A stretch of 64,000 nucleotides of DNA from an uncultured Candidatus Saccharibacteria bacterium (GTDB lineage Bacteria > Patescibacteriota > Minisyncoccia > Phycocordibacterales > JACNGX01), in contig CAZULS010000002.1 of NCBI GenBank assembly GCA_964621395.1, forward strand, positions 87,306 through 151,305, read 5' to 3'. Shown here piece by piece: positions 27,707 through 36,440 of the stretch (position 1 is the first letter of the stretch; the number at the start of each line of letters is the position of its first letter). Under the pieces are notes generated by a model, which was not told the origin of the DNA, searched no databases, and worked only from the letters and a program-made list of their open reading frames with translations. Position numbers and translations under genes: made by a program.

Positions 27707-27740
27707 TCGTTTAGCGTTTATAGTTCATCGTTCACTCACG

Positions 27741-29054
27741 TTACTTCATCCCTTTCAAATATTTCGGAAGGTTTTCGAGGGAAACTGTCTCTTGCGAGCG
27801 ATTGTCCATATTGCGGACGATAACGGTGCCGTCCATGGCTTCCTTTTGTCCGAAGATAATCGCATAGGGAGCTCCAAGCCGCTCGGCGGTGCCGAGCTGT
27901 GCACCGAGTGAGTCTTTGGAAAGTGACTGCATGATAGGGATGTTTGCCTTGCGGAGCATCTTAATGACCGACAAGCTCTTGAGCTTTGCTTCAAAGCCAA
28001 GCTGAATGAAATACACTTTCGGTTTTTTCATGATACGCGGCTTGGGAGTTTTAACGCCTTCGGTATTTAAAATGCGGTCGATACCGATTGCCGCGCCAAC
28101 GGATGGAACCGGTTTTTTGGAGCCGAGAATTTTTGCGAGTCCGTCGTAGCGTCCGCCACCGGCAACTGCTTGTGGCGCGGGCGCGCTCTCGTCTTCTTCA
28201 TCACTCGGCGGGGTTGCCTTAATCTCAAAGACGGTGTGCGAATAGTAGTCCAGGCCGCGCACCAATGTATGGTCGATACGATACACGATATCGGCAGAAT
28301 CAAGATATTCCAGTACTTCCTTGAAATGTTTTTTGGCTGCTGCGGAGAGGTGATTGAGTGATTCAGGCGCAGCTGCTTTAATCGGCTGGCACCGTTCGTC
28401 TTTACAATCGAGCACACGGAGCGGATTTGTCTTCAGACGTTGCTTGCATGTCGGGCAAATAGTGTCGGCATGTTTCTTATAGTAATTTGTGAGTGCGCGA
28501 AGATACGCCGCGCGAGACTCAGGATCACCGATGCTGTTGATCTCAACACACACATCGGAGAGCCCGATTTCTTCGAGTGCATCGACAATGGTGCGGATGA
28601 CGATTACGTCAGCGATACTTTTGGGCGTGCCGATAATTTCAAAACCGAATTGACGGAATTCACGCAGGCGCCCTTTCTGCGGATTTTCATGACGGAAGAA
28701 TGCACCGTAATTATAGAGCATGACGGGCTGGGGGAGTGATTGCATGCCGTGTTCAATGTAGGCGCGCATGATAGCGGCAGTTGCTTCAGGACGCATGACA
28801 AGGCGATCACCGCCTTTGGTCTTGAGATTGTACATCTCTTTTTCGGCGATGTCGGTATGCTCACCCACACCACGCAAAAAGACATCTTCAGATTCGAGGA
28901 TGGGTGTTTGAATCGGTTGGAAGCCGTAGTAGACGGCGACTTCTTGAATCTTTTCAAAGAGTCCTTGGTATGCGTAAAAATCCTCACCAATAATATCGCG
29001 AGTACCTTTCGGCGACTGGAGATTTTTTGAAGATTTTTTTTGTGAAGGGGACAT
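27741..29054 (-). CDS. hisS: histidyl-tRNA synthetase
   Basis: Class II aaRS motifs and the HisRS-specific N-terminal region GTRDIIGEDF. 437 aa. Confidence 0.9.
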   Translation of the reverse strand: MSPSQKKSSKNLQSPKGTRDIIGEDFYAYQGLFEKIQEVAVYYGFQPIQTPILESEDVFLRGVGEHTDIAEKEMYNLKTKGGDRLVMRPEATAAIMRAYIEHGMQSLPQPVMLYNYGAFFRHENPQKGRLREFRQFGFEIIGTPKSIADVIVIRTIVDALEEIGLSDVCVEINSIGDPESRAAYLRALTNYYKKHADTICPTCKQRLKTNPLRVLDCKDERCQPIKAAAPESLNHLSAAAKKHFKEVLEYLDSADIVYRIDHTLVRGLDYYSHTVFEIKATPPSDEEDESAPAPQAVAGGGRYDGLAKILGSKKPVPSVGAAIGIDRILNTEGVKTPKPRIMKKPKVYFIQLGFEAKLKSLSVIKMLRKANIPIMQSLSKDSLGAQLGTAERLGAPYAIIFGQKEAMDGTVIVRNMDNRSQETVSLENLPKYLKGMK

Positions 29055-29070
29055 GAAGAGAAAATTAATT

Positions 29071-29257
29071 AGAGCCTGTTCGTAATCTCATGTCGTGCGT
29101 AATGCATCATATACCGAGCGAAAATCGTGAAAAGTGTTGATGGAGTACTGTCGTACTTCGAGACACTTTAAGCGATTTACAGCCGGTATATGGCGCATTA
29201 AGCCGACAAGGACATGTTCTTCTTCGTTCAATTCCGTTGAGATTATGAACAGGCTCT
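29071..29257. mobile_element. MITE family D copy 1 (~187 bp, 20 bp perfect TIRs AGAGCCTGTTCGTAATCTCA / TGAGATTATGAACAGGCTCT)
   Basis: The internal sequence carries a second inverted repeat TATACCGAGCGAAAATCG / CGATTTACAGCCGGTATA. Tandem copy at 29325..29512, third copy at 58698..58884, degenerate inverted copy at ~49497..49725. Confidence 0.7.
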
Positions 29258-29324
29258 TAGATGACACACTCAGTATATATGAGAATACCGATTGACTGAA
29301 AGTTTTTTTTGTTCTCTGACTTTA

Positions 29325-29512
29325 AGAGCCTGTTCACAATCTCATGTCGTGCGTGACACACTCATATACCGAGCGAAAATCGTGAAAAGTGTCGAAGGAG
29401 TACTGTCGTACTTCGAGACGCTTTGAGCGATTTGCAGCCGGTATATGAGTGTGTCAGCCGGCAAGGATATATCTTTCTTTCTCCTATTCCGTTGAGATTG
29501 TGAACAGGCTCT
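29325..29512. mobile_element. MITE family D copy 2
   Basis: ~85-90% identical to copy 1, with the same TIRs AGAGCCTGTTCACAATCTCA / TGAGATTGTGAACAGGCTCT. Confidence 0.7.
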
Positions 29513-29570
29513 AAGAGGAGAAAAAAGTGAGCGCGGCGGGGCAAAGCCCCGCCGCGCTAAGTGGTAAAAT

Positions 29571-30233
29571 TTATTTTTCAGCTCCATAGTGATACTCACC
29601 CGGCAGTATTTCAAATGTATCGAGAGGAAGGAGACGAGCGAATGCTTTTCCGGAAATAAAACTTTTTGGTAGCGGTCCCCATATCCGCGAGTCGGAACTT
29701 GAATACCGATTGTCACCCATGACAAAGTATTCATCCACACCAAGTGTGGCAGACATGTTTTCATATTTCGGATAGATAATGTAGGTTTCGGTAAGCTTAA
29801 ACGATTCAGTACTCTGTTTGGGTGTGATTGATACAGAGCCCGCGGAGATGGTGACTGTTTCTCCAGGGAGCCCGATGATACGCTTGATGAAGAAAAAGTG
29901 CGGGTCATTGGGAAAACGGAAAATAACCACATCGCCGCGCTTTGGGTCGCCTAGGTGATAGGAGAGCCTGTCGACAATGAGGTAATCGTTGGTGGCAAAT
30001 GTCGGGTCCATAGATGCACCGGAGACGATAAACGGACTCACAATAAACATGCGCACCGGTACGACAATAGCCACGATAATAATGAGTGACGTGAAAAATT
30101 CGCGCATACCTCTCTTCTTGGTTTGTGTTTTACTCTCTTGTGATGAGTTTTCGGTGTATTTGGTAACGGATTCCTGCGTATCAGGCTCGAGAGACGGAGG
30201 TGTTGATTGGCTTTTATGGGGGGGAGTATTCAT
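29571..30233 (-). CDS. lepB: signal peptidase I
   Basis: SGASMDPT catalytic Ser box, GDNR...SDSR box and an N-terminal TM anchor. Confidence 0.85.
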   Translation of the reverse strand: MNTPPHKSQSTPPSLEPDTQESVTKYTENSSQESKTQTKKRGMREFFTSLIIIVAIVVPVRMFIVSPFIVSGASMDPTFATNDYLIVDRLSYHLGDPKRGDVVIFRFPNDPHFFFIKRIIGLPGETVTISAGSVSITPKQSTESFKLTETYIIYPKYENMSATLGVDEYFVMGDNRYSSSDSRIWGPLPKSFISGKAFARLLPLDTFEILPGEYHYGAEK

Positions 30234-30381
30234 GAGAAACCAAATGAAAAATAAAAAGAAATATGATGTGTGGTTATGATAGCATAGAAAACTATAAACG
30301 ATAAACGATAAAAAATAAAAGCAAAAAGAAAAGTCGCCGTATTATTCGGCGGGTTTGTTTTTGTCTGGTATACTTGTATGT

Positions 30382-30993
30382 ATGAAAAACACTGATGTTG
30401 TCATTGTGGGTCTCGGGAACCCGGGAAAACAATATGAAAAGACGCCGCACAATGCCGGCTTTTTGGTACTTGATGCATTGCTTGGTAAGAAGGGAGAGGG
30501 TGGGTGGAAGAAAGAAAAAATGTGTGAAGGACTCATTGCGAATGTGAGTTTGAATTGTGGTGCTACCGCTTTGCTTCTGAAGCCGGAGACATTCATGAAT
30601 GAATCGGGGAGAAGCGCGAAGAAAGTTGTTGAGAATGTAGCTGACGCAGAAAACTCTCTCATCGTGGTGTATGATGACATCGATATGCCGATTGGTTCGG
30701 TGAAGATTGTGTTTGACCGCGGGAGCGGTGGACATAAAGGGGTACAGTCGATTATCGACACACTCGGCACAACACGCTTTGTTCGCGTGCGCGTGGGTGT
30801 TGCCCCCGTGGGGCTCTTTGGTGACATGAAGAAGCCAAAAGGGAGAGAGGCGGTGTCGCGCTATGTGCTTTCGCCGCTCTCGCGCCGCCGCACTCACCTC
30901 CTTGAGGCAGCGACAGACGTCGCCATTTCGGCTATTGAGAAAATTGTCTGTGAGGGGAGAGAGGCGGCGATGAATGAGGTGAACAAACGCTAA
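30382..30993 (+). CDS. pth: peptidyl-tRNA hydrolase
   Basis: VIVGLGNPGKQYEKTPHNAGF N-terminal motif. The start is at MKNTDVV. Confidence 0.85.
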   Translation: MKNTDVVIVGLGNPGKQYEKTPHNAGFLVLDALLGKKGEGGWKKEKMCEGLIANVSLNCGATALLLKPETFMNESGRSAKKVVENVADAENSLIVVYDDIDMPIGSVKIVFDRGSGGHKGVQSIIDTLGTTRFVRVRVGVAPVGLFGDMKKPKGREAVSRYVLSPLSRRRTHLLEAATDVAISAIEKIVCEGREAAMNEVNKR

Positions 30994-31057
30994 ACGATGA
31001 ACGATAAACTATAAACGCCGCGCGAGCCTTTGGCTCACGCGGAACCCAAAGCAAAAT

Positions 31058-31163
31058 TGTCATCCCGCACTTGATCCTACATTGCAAGCAATCGGATACA
31101 ATGCGGGATCTCGAGAGAGTTGTTTCATAACGTTTAGATCCCGCATCAAGTGCGGGATGACAG
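31058..31163. repeat. B-family MITE-like element (TIRs TTGTCATCCCGCACTTGAT ... GATCCCGCATCAAGTGCGGGATGACAG)
   Basis: Immediately upstream of the PBP2 start. The GTG that begins the predicted ORF at 31150 lies inside the right TIR. Confidence 0.65.
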
Positions 31164-31173
31164 AAAACACACC

Positions 31174-32895
31174 ATGACCGACATATCCACATCACGTATT
31201 CAGCTCATATTTATTCTTTTCTGCGCATTGGCGCTTGTTTTTGTTGCGCGGCTTTTTCATGTGCAGATTATTCACGGTGCTGATTTCAGAAAAGAAGGAG
31301 AGGGGCAATATGTGCAAACGGTGTCAGATCGTTTCGACAGAGGAACAATTTATTTCACCCCAAAGGATGAGGACGAACCACCTTTCCCCGCCGCGACACT
31401 CAACTATGGCTATCGCGTGATTATGGATCCTTCGAAGGTGGAGTATCCGGGAGAATCATGTGAAGCACTCGAGAATATTATCCTCGAGCTTTCCTATGAA
31501 ACATGTGTCGCACACACACAAAAACACAACGATCAATATGAGCTCTTGGCAGAGGGATTGAATCAGAGGGATGCTGATTTGATTCATGATATAGACGATA
31601 AAGGTATCGGTGCATATCGGTATAGTTGGCGTTTTTATCCGGGCGGATCGTTGGCGTCGCATGTACTTGGTTTTGTTGGCTACAGTGGTGACACTCTTGG
31701 TGGTCGCTATGGTCTCGAGCGGCAGTATGATGCGGCTCTCAGGCGAACGAGCGAGAGCGTGCAGGTGAATTTCTTTGCCGAACTGTTTTCAAATATCGCC
31801 GACAGTATTCTGTATGCCGACAAGGAACGCGAAGGAGATATTGTCACATTCATAGAACCAACGGTGCAGGGGTTTGTTGAAGATGTTTTGGACGATGTGG
31901 GTGATGCTTGGAAATCCGAAAGCGGCGGTGCTATTGTTGTTGATCCCAATACCGGAAGTATCCATGCTATGGCGGCATTTCCTACGTTTGATCCCAATGC
32001 CTATGGAGAAGAGGATACGGTGTCGGTGTTTGCGAACCCTCTTGTAGAACGTGTGTATGAAATGGGCTCTATTGTGAAGCCGCTCACGGTGGCGGCAGGA
32101 CTCGATGCGGAAGCAATAACCGCAGAGAGCACGTATGATGACACGGGGAGTATCACACTCGACGGCTATACCATCGGCAATTACGACGGCAAAGCGCGCG
32201 GAGTGGTGGATATGCAAGAGGTGTTGAGTCGTTCGCTCAATCTCGGTGTTGCACATATTGTGAGTGAAATGGGGAATGATGTCTTTGCCGAGTATATGCG
32301 TGCATTCGGTATCGACGAAGAAACCGGTATCGATTTGCCCGGAGAAGTACATGGCTTGGCGGATAATCTCGATAGCAGTCGTGATATTGAATTTGCCACT
32401 GCTTCTTTCGGGCAGGGGATTGCCATGACGCCAATTGAAGCAACAATGGCACTCTCAGCTCTCGCAAACGGTGGCGTGCTTCACGCTCCGCTTGTTGTCG
32501 ATAGGATTATGTATCCTGGCCGTCCGGATAAACATATGTATCCTGATGATGGGCGGCAGGTGATCTCGGAAGCAGCTTCGGAAGAGATTACGCGAATGTT
32601 GGTGCGTGTTGTCGATGAAGCGCTTGCCGACGGTACGGTTGCATTACCGCATCACTCAATTGCCGCTAAAACCGGTACAGCACAGATTCCTGATCCGGAG
32701 AATGGCGGGTATTATGAGGACAGGTATCTCCACTCCTTTTTCGGATACTTCCCGGCATATGACCCGCAATTTTTGGTCTTCCTCTATCATGTGTATCCCA
32801 AAGATGTGGATTATGCATCACAAACACTCACGGATCCATTCATGGACATCGTGAAGTTCCTGATTACGTATTACGATATCGCACCGGATCGGTAA
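31174..32895 (+). CDS. penicillin-binding protein 2 / FtsI-type peptidoglycan D,D-transpeptidase
   Basis: N-terminal TM helix, dimerisation domain and transpeptidase motifs (SIVKP region, SxN, KTG in KTGTAQ). Confidence 0.85.
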   Translation: MTDISTSRIQLIFILFCALALVFVARLFHVQIIHGADFRKEGEGQYVQTVSDRFDRGTIYFTPKDEDEPPFPAATLNYGYRVIMDPSKVEYPGESCEALENIILELSYETCVAHTQKHNDQYELLAEGLNQRDADLIHDIDDKGIGAYRYSWRFYPGGSLASHVLGFVGYSGDTLGGRYGLERQYDAALRRTSESVQVNFFAELFSNIADSILYADKEREGDIVTFIEPTVQGFVEDVLDDVGDAWKSESGGAIVVDPNTGSIHAMAAFPTFDPNAYGEEDTVSVFANPLVERVYEMGSIVKPLTVAAGLDAEAITAESTYDDTGSITLDGYTIGNYDGKARGVVDMQEVLSRSLNLGVAHIVSEMGNDVFAEYMRAFGIDEETGIDLPGEVHGLADNLDSSRDIEFATASFGQGIAMTPIEATMALSALANGGVLHAPLVVDRIMYPGRPDKHMYPDDGRQVISEAASEEITRMLVRVVDEALADGTVALPHHSIAAKTGTAQIPDPENGGYYEDRYLHSFFGYFPAYDPQFLVFLYHVYPKDVDYASQTLTDPFMDIVKFLITYYDIAPDR

Positions 32896-32923
32896 GTTAG
32901 AAGTTAGAGACTAGAAGTTAGAA

Positions 32924-32976
32924 AAAAGGAAACAACAAGCGGCGCTCCTTTCAGGAGCGCCGCTTGTTGTTTTGTG
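32924..32976. terminator. Bidirectional intrinsic terminator (18 bp perfect stem AACAACAAGCGGCGCTCC-TTTC-GGAGCGCCGCTTGTTGTT)
   Basis: A-run upstream and T-run downstream. Shared by PBP2 (+) and the minus-strand tRNA-Glu-associated element. Confidence 0.7.
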
Positions 32977-32991
32977 ACGGGAATCGTCCCG

Positions 32992-33110
32992 CAGTCACTA
33001 AGTAAAATGCTCCGGGCACTCGCATTTTACAAAGTGCTGCTGGACGCGGCTCGCAGCCCCGCAAGAGCGGGGACCCGCTGCTCCGCCGTTCGACTCCCCG
33101 TAGGGCCTAC
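32992..33110 (-). other. tRNA-associated conserved GC-rich element, copy 2 (minus strand, downstream of tRNA-Glu)
   Basis: The minus strand reads GTAGGCCCTACGGGGAGTCGAACGGCGGAGCAGCGGGTCCCCGCTCTTGCGGGGCTGCGAGCCGCGTCCAG. This is an inverted copy of the tRNA-Glu 3' end plus the same core as 22501..22550. Confidence 0.4.
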
Positions 33111-33155
33111 AAAACGCAACGACACCGAAGGCATGCTTCGGTGTCGGCGTTATTG

Positions 33156-33227
33156 TGACCCTACGGGGAATCGAACCCCGGTTTTATCCGTGAGAGGGAT
33201 ACGTCCTAGCCGCTAGACGATAGGGCC
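33156..33227 (-). tRNA. tRNA-Glu (anticodon CTC)
   Basis: Minus strand GGCCCTATCGTCTAGCGGCTAGGACGTATCCCTCTCACGGATAAAACCGGGGTTCGATTCCCCGTAGGGTCA. 3-bp D stem typical of tRNA-Glu, anticodon loop CTCTCAC, T-loop TTCGATT. Confidence 0.8.
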
Positions 33228-33407
33228 ATATTACATTGTTGTTACAGAGCCGCTAGCCCCGATATTGCCCAAATCTTTGATTTGGCTGCAATATCGTGGG
33301 TCCTCGGTGGTGCGACCAAGCTATGCTTGGGCACCACCGGGAACGATAGGGACATATTGCAACGTGTGGATTATTGTAATACAAAAAAAGAAAAAGGGCA
33401 ATAGAAG

Positions 33408-33440
33408 AAGCCCCGACAAGTCGGGGCTTCAACTTTTTTT
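33408..33440. terminator. Hairpin GAAGCCCCGAC-AAG-TCGGGGCTTC with flanking T/A runs (bidirectional)
   Basis: Downstream of the minus-strand exonuclease gene. Confidence 0.55.
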
Positions 33441-33557
33441 GATGTACATACACATAGTTTTTTGTGAGAAAATTAATTAATTTTTATGAGAGAGCAAAAA
33501 TACCGCGTGAGCGGCACTTTTTAATCTCCTAACATTTAACCTCCTGATTTCCTAATA

Positions 33558-34142
33558 TCAAAACGGCAACGTGTAATTCATCGCATTGCGCTCGTTTTCT
33601 CCGCGGCTCTCCCAATCGGATGTGTCGAGAGGGAATTCCTTTGTGGTGCCGAGCTCGGTGTATTTGAGTGATTTGTTCTCAAGTGCGTATTCATACACCT
33701 CTTTGGTGATACGTACATCTTCTTCGCAGTACTGCCTGATTTTTTCAATTTCACCGTCTTTCCACCACTGAATCGCTTCAAGGCCATGACCGATTTTGTT
33801 TTTTCCGAGTGTGCCTTCGGCAATAGCATCAAGACGAATGCGTTTACCAAGCGATTCTTTTATCTCCACAAGAAGATCAAGTGACGGGATAGCCGTAAGA
33901 TCACCCGGATAATATTTATTGAGAAGGGGAATATCGAAGTGGTCGGAGTTGTATCCAATAAGAAGTGATGTCTCTTCAAGTGTTTTCCAGAGCTTAGGGA
34001 GTTCGTCTTCAGTGTAGCTCGTGTATGCATCGGTGTCGTAATCGTAGATGACGAGGAGAGAGATGGAGAGTGCCGCCGGGTCATTTGAGCCAACGCTTTG
34101 AAACGTGTTTTGTGTCTCAATGTCGAAAACAATTTTTTTCAT
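33558..34142 (-). CDS. RNase H-like 3'-5' exonuclease (PolB-exonuclease-like DEDD family)
   Basis: MKKIVFDIETQN Exo I motif, then YNSDHFDIPLL and the YCEEDVRIT Exo III-like motif. The longer ORF N-terminus only translates the A repeat. Confidence 0.6.
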   Translation of the reverse strand: MKKIVFDIETQNTFQSVGSNDPAALSISLLVIYDYDTDAYTSYTEDELPKLWKTLEETSLLIGYNSDHFDIPLLNKYYPGDLTAIPSLDLLVEIKESLGKRIRLDAIAEGTLGKNKIGHGLEAIQWWKDGEIEKIRQYCEEDVRITKEVYEYALENKSLKYTELGTTKEFPLDTSDWESRGENERNAMNYTLPF

Positions 34143-34161
34143 TGCATTATGATACCATATC

Positions 34162-34272
34162 GGGTACAAAGTACGAATATATACGAACATACGAAGATAG
34201 GGTTGTTTCGGAAAATGAATTGCAGGGTATACATTGTGTTCGTATGTTCGTACTCGTTCGTAGTTCGTAACC
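34162..34272. repeat. A-family element (GGGTACAAAGTACGAATATATACGAACATACGAAG ... TTCGTATGTTCGTACTCGTTCGTAGTTCGTAACC)
   Basis: Same architecture as 6275..6362, with a longer central spacer. Nearly identical to 36041..36152. Confidence 0.65.
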
Positions 34273-34291
34273 TGTGATATACTAATACCTA

Positions 34292-35287
34292 ATGACACTA
34301 CTCATCGCTGCAATCATTTTTATTGTCTCGCTCGCCGTTTTGGTCAAAGGGTCCGACTGGCTTCTTTCCGGCGCCGAAAAGGTCGGCCTCTCGCTCGGCC
34401 TCTCGCCATTTGTTATCGGTGTGATTTTGGTTGGCGTGGGTACTTCTTTTCCTGAACTTATGTCGGGCTTGGCGGGTGTGTTCTCGGGTATTCCGGAAAT
34501 CGTGGTGGCAAATGCCACAGGGTCAAATATTGCCAATATTCTTCTCGTTGTGGGAACGATTACGGTTATTGCACGGCACATTGAAATCGTTCGCGATCTC
34601 ATAGCTCTCGAATTGCCGCTCCTTGCTCTCTCCACGTTTCTCTTTCTCGGTAGTGTGTACGACGGAGAAATAACACTCGTTGAAGCTATTATCCTGTGTG
34701 TAGCATATGGCGTGTATATGGTGTACTCGCTTTCTTCCGGAGAAGCCGGGGCGAGTATTGCGGCTGTGGAGAAGACAGCCGAGCTCAAAGAGAAAGTGGA
34801 AGAGAAGGAAACCGGATTTTCACAGTTTATGAACGGTCTCTATTCACTGAAGGACTACGGTCTGTTGCTTCTTGGTGCAGTTGCTGTGTATTTCGGCGCA
34901 TCGTATTTAGTTGATTCTGTTATTGCGCTTTCTGCCATACTCAATATCGCGCCGGGTATTATTTCCATGTCGGCGATTGCACTCGGCACATCACTTCCGG
35001 AACTCATTGTCTCAGCACGTGCGATTACCCTCGGAAAGACAGAAGTTGCAATCGGCGGTATTCTCGGTTCCAATGCATTCAACGCGCTTATGGTGGTGGG
35101 TATCCCGGGACTTTTTACAGCACTTCCCGTGGGTGAACAAACGCTCATTGTCGGTGTCCCTGCTATGGCATTAGTAACGCTCATCTTTATTATCTCCACA
35201 GTCTCAAGGAGACTCTATCACTGGGAAGGTATGATGTTTCTTCTTGCGTATGTCTTTTTCGTACTGAAACTTTTTGCAGTGATTTAA
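34292..35287 (+). CDS. Ca2+/Na+ antiporter, CaCA family (YrbG-like)
   Basis: Two alpha-repeats GTSFPELMSG and GTSLPELIVS. About 10 TM helices. Confidence 0.8.
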   Translation: MTLLIAAIIFIVSLAVLVKGSDWLLSGAEKVGLSLGLSPFVIGVILVGVGTSFPELMSGLAGVFSGIPEIVVANATGSNIANILLVVGTITVIARHIEIVRDLIALELPLLALSTFLFLGSVYDGEITLVEAIILCVAYGVYMVYSLSSGEAGASIAAVEKTAELKEKVEEKETGFSQFMNGLYSLKDYGLLLLGAVAVYFGASYLVDSVIALSAILNIAPGIISMSAIALGTSLPELIVSARAITLGKTEVAIGGILGSNAFNALMVVGIPGLFTALPVGEQTLIVGVPAMALVTLIFIISTVSRRLYHWEGMMFLLAYVFFVLKLFAVI

Positions 35288-35352
35288 AATTTTCGCTAGG
35301 ACGGACCTGGCTACTTAAGCTCTGGTCCGTCCTAGCGAAATGAAACGTGTAT

Positions 35353-36033
35353 ATGTCGATAGTGCTGATTGATAAACCGGAAGGCATCTCTTCTTTTGAT
35401 TGTATTCGGATACTGCAACGCCGAATAAAAGAAGAAGGAAAGGGAAAAGTAAAAATAGGACATGCAGGCACATTGGATCCAGCGGCGAGTGGCTTGCTTA
35501 TCATTGCCACGGGAAGCGACACAAAAAAGCTTACCGACTTTTTGAAATTGCCAAAAGAGTATGTTGCCGATGTACTCCTTGGTGTTGCGACGGATTCCGG
35601 CGATTCTGAAGGAAAGGAGATTGCACGTGTGGCACCGGAAGAATGCGGCGTGTCGGAAGAAGAGGCGAAAGAGGCTCTCCTAGGAATGGTGGGCACATTG
35701 ACGCTTCCGGTGTCGAAATATTCGGCGATAAAACAGGGCGGGGAAGCGCTGTATAAAAAGGCGCGTCGTGGTGAGGAGGTGGAGGCACCATTGCGGGAGA
35801 TGGTCGTGCATGAAACGGAACTCCTCGGTCTTTCAGAGCGAGAAGATGGATATAAAGTGGCACGTGCGCATTTCGATGTGGAAAGCGGCGTATATATTCG
35901 CTCGCTTGGTGAAGAATTGGGAAAGTGTTTGGGGTGCCCCGCGTCGCTTGTGTCACTCAGACGAACACGAATTGGTGATATGAGCGTGGAGGATGCGGAA
36001 GGCCCGGATGAAATTGATATCTCGGATATATGA
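35353..36033 (+). CDS. truB: tRNA pseudouridine(55) synthase TruB
   Basis: LIDKPEGISSFD...GHAGTLDPAASGLL catalytic Asp motif. The ORF track starts two codons earlier at a GTG. Confidence 0.85.
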   Translation: MSIVLIDKPEGISSFDCIRILQRRIKEEGKGKVKIGHAGTLDPAASGLLIIATGSDTKKLTDFLKLPKEYVADVLLGVATDSGDSEGKEIARVAPEECGVSEEEAKEALLGMVGTLTLPVSKYSAIKQGGEALYKKARRGEEVEAPLREMVVHETELLGLSEREDGYKVARAHFDVESGVYIRSLGEELGKCLGCPASLVSLRRTRIGDMSVEDAEGPDEIDISDI

Positions 36034-36040
36034 TATACTG

Positions 36041-36152
36041 GGGGTACGAAGTACGAACGTGTACGAACATACGAAGATTGAGTTGTTTCGGAAAATGAAT
36101 TGCAGGGTATACATTGTGTTCGTATGTTCGTATTTATTCGTAGTTCGTAATA
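36041..36152. repeat. A-family element, near-duplicate of 34162..34272
   Basis: GGGGGTACGAAGTACGAACGTGTACGAACATACGAAG...TTCGTATGTTCGTATTTATTCGTAGTTCGTAATAACC. Confidence 0.65.
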
Positions 36153-36155
36153 ACC

Positions 36156-36431
36156 ATGGACTCTATTGAACAACAACTTGAGACATTGCGTCAAGAGATA
36201 CGAAAAGGATTTTCAGGTATTGATCGCCGACTTTCGGCACTTGAAAAGGAAGAAGAGAATGATGTTATGAATATGACGGAAAAATTTCGTCGTGAGCTCT
36301 ACACATTCACCCAGGAGCTGAAACAACATTTTGAATATTTCTATGATCGGCTCGAAGACAGGGTGGAGGAAGTAAATCGCGACACCGACCGCATCGAACG
36401 TGCGGTGGATCGGATTGAGGATAAGCAATAA
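36156..36431 (+). CDS. hypothetical coiled-coil protein (91 aa)
   Basis: Highly charged heptad-like sequence with no recognisable family. Confidence 0.4.
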   Translation: MDSIEQQLETLRQEIRKGFSGIDRRLSALEKEEENDVMNMTEKFRRELYTFTQELKQHFEYFYDRLEDRVEEVNRDTDRIERAVDRIEDKQ

Positions 36432-36440
36432 GTACAAAGT

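Noticed and set aside
29071-29512. Tandemly repeated ~190 bp units and the many regularly recurring hairpin repeats could be mistaken for a CRISPR array.
   Set aside because: The repeats are 75-200 bp and carry terminal inverted repeats. They are not regularly spaced with unique spacers, there is no leader and there are no cas genes. They are MITE/REP-like elements.
33156-33227. Initial parse of the minus-strand tRNA gave the anticodon as UCA, i.e. an opal suppressor, which would have implied recoded UGA as in genetic code 25.
   Set aside because: Re-reading the sequence gives the anticodon loop CTCTCAC, i.e. anticodon CTC (Glu), with a 3-bp D stem. TGA is also clearly used as a stop codon by many genes in the window (e.g. 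sufS, truB).
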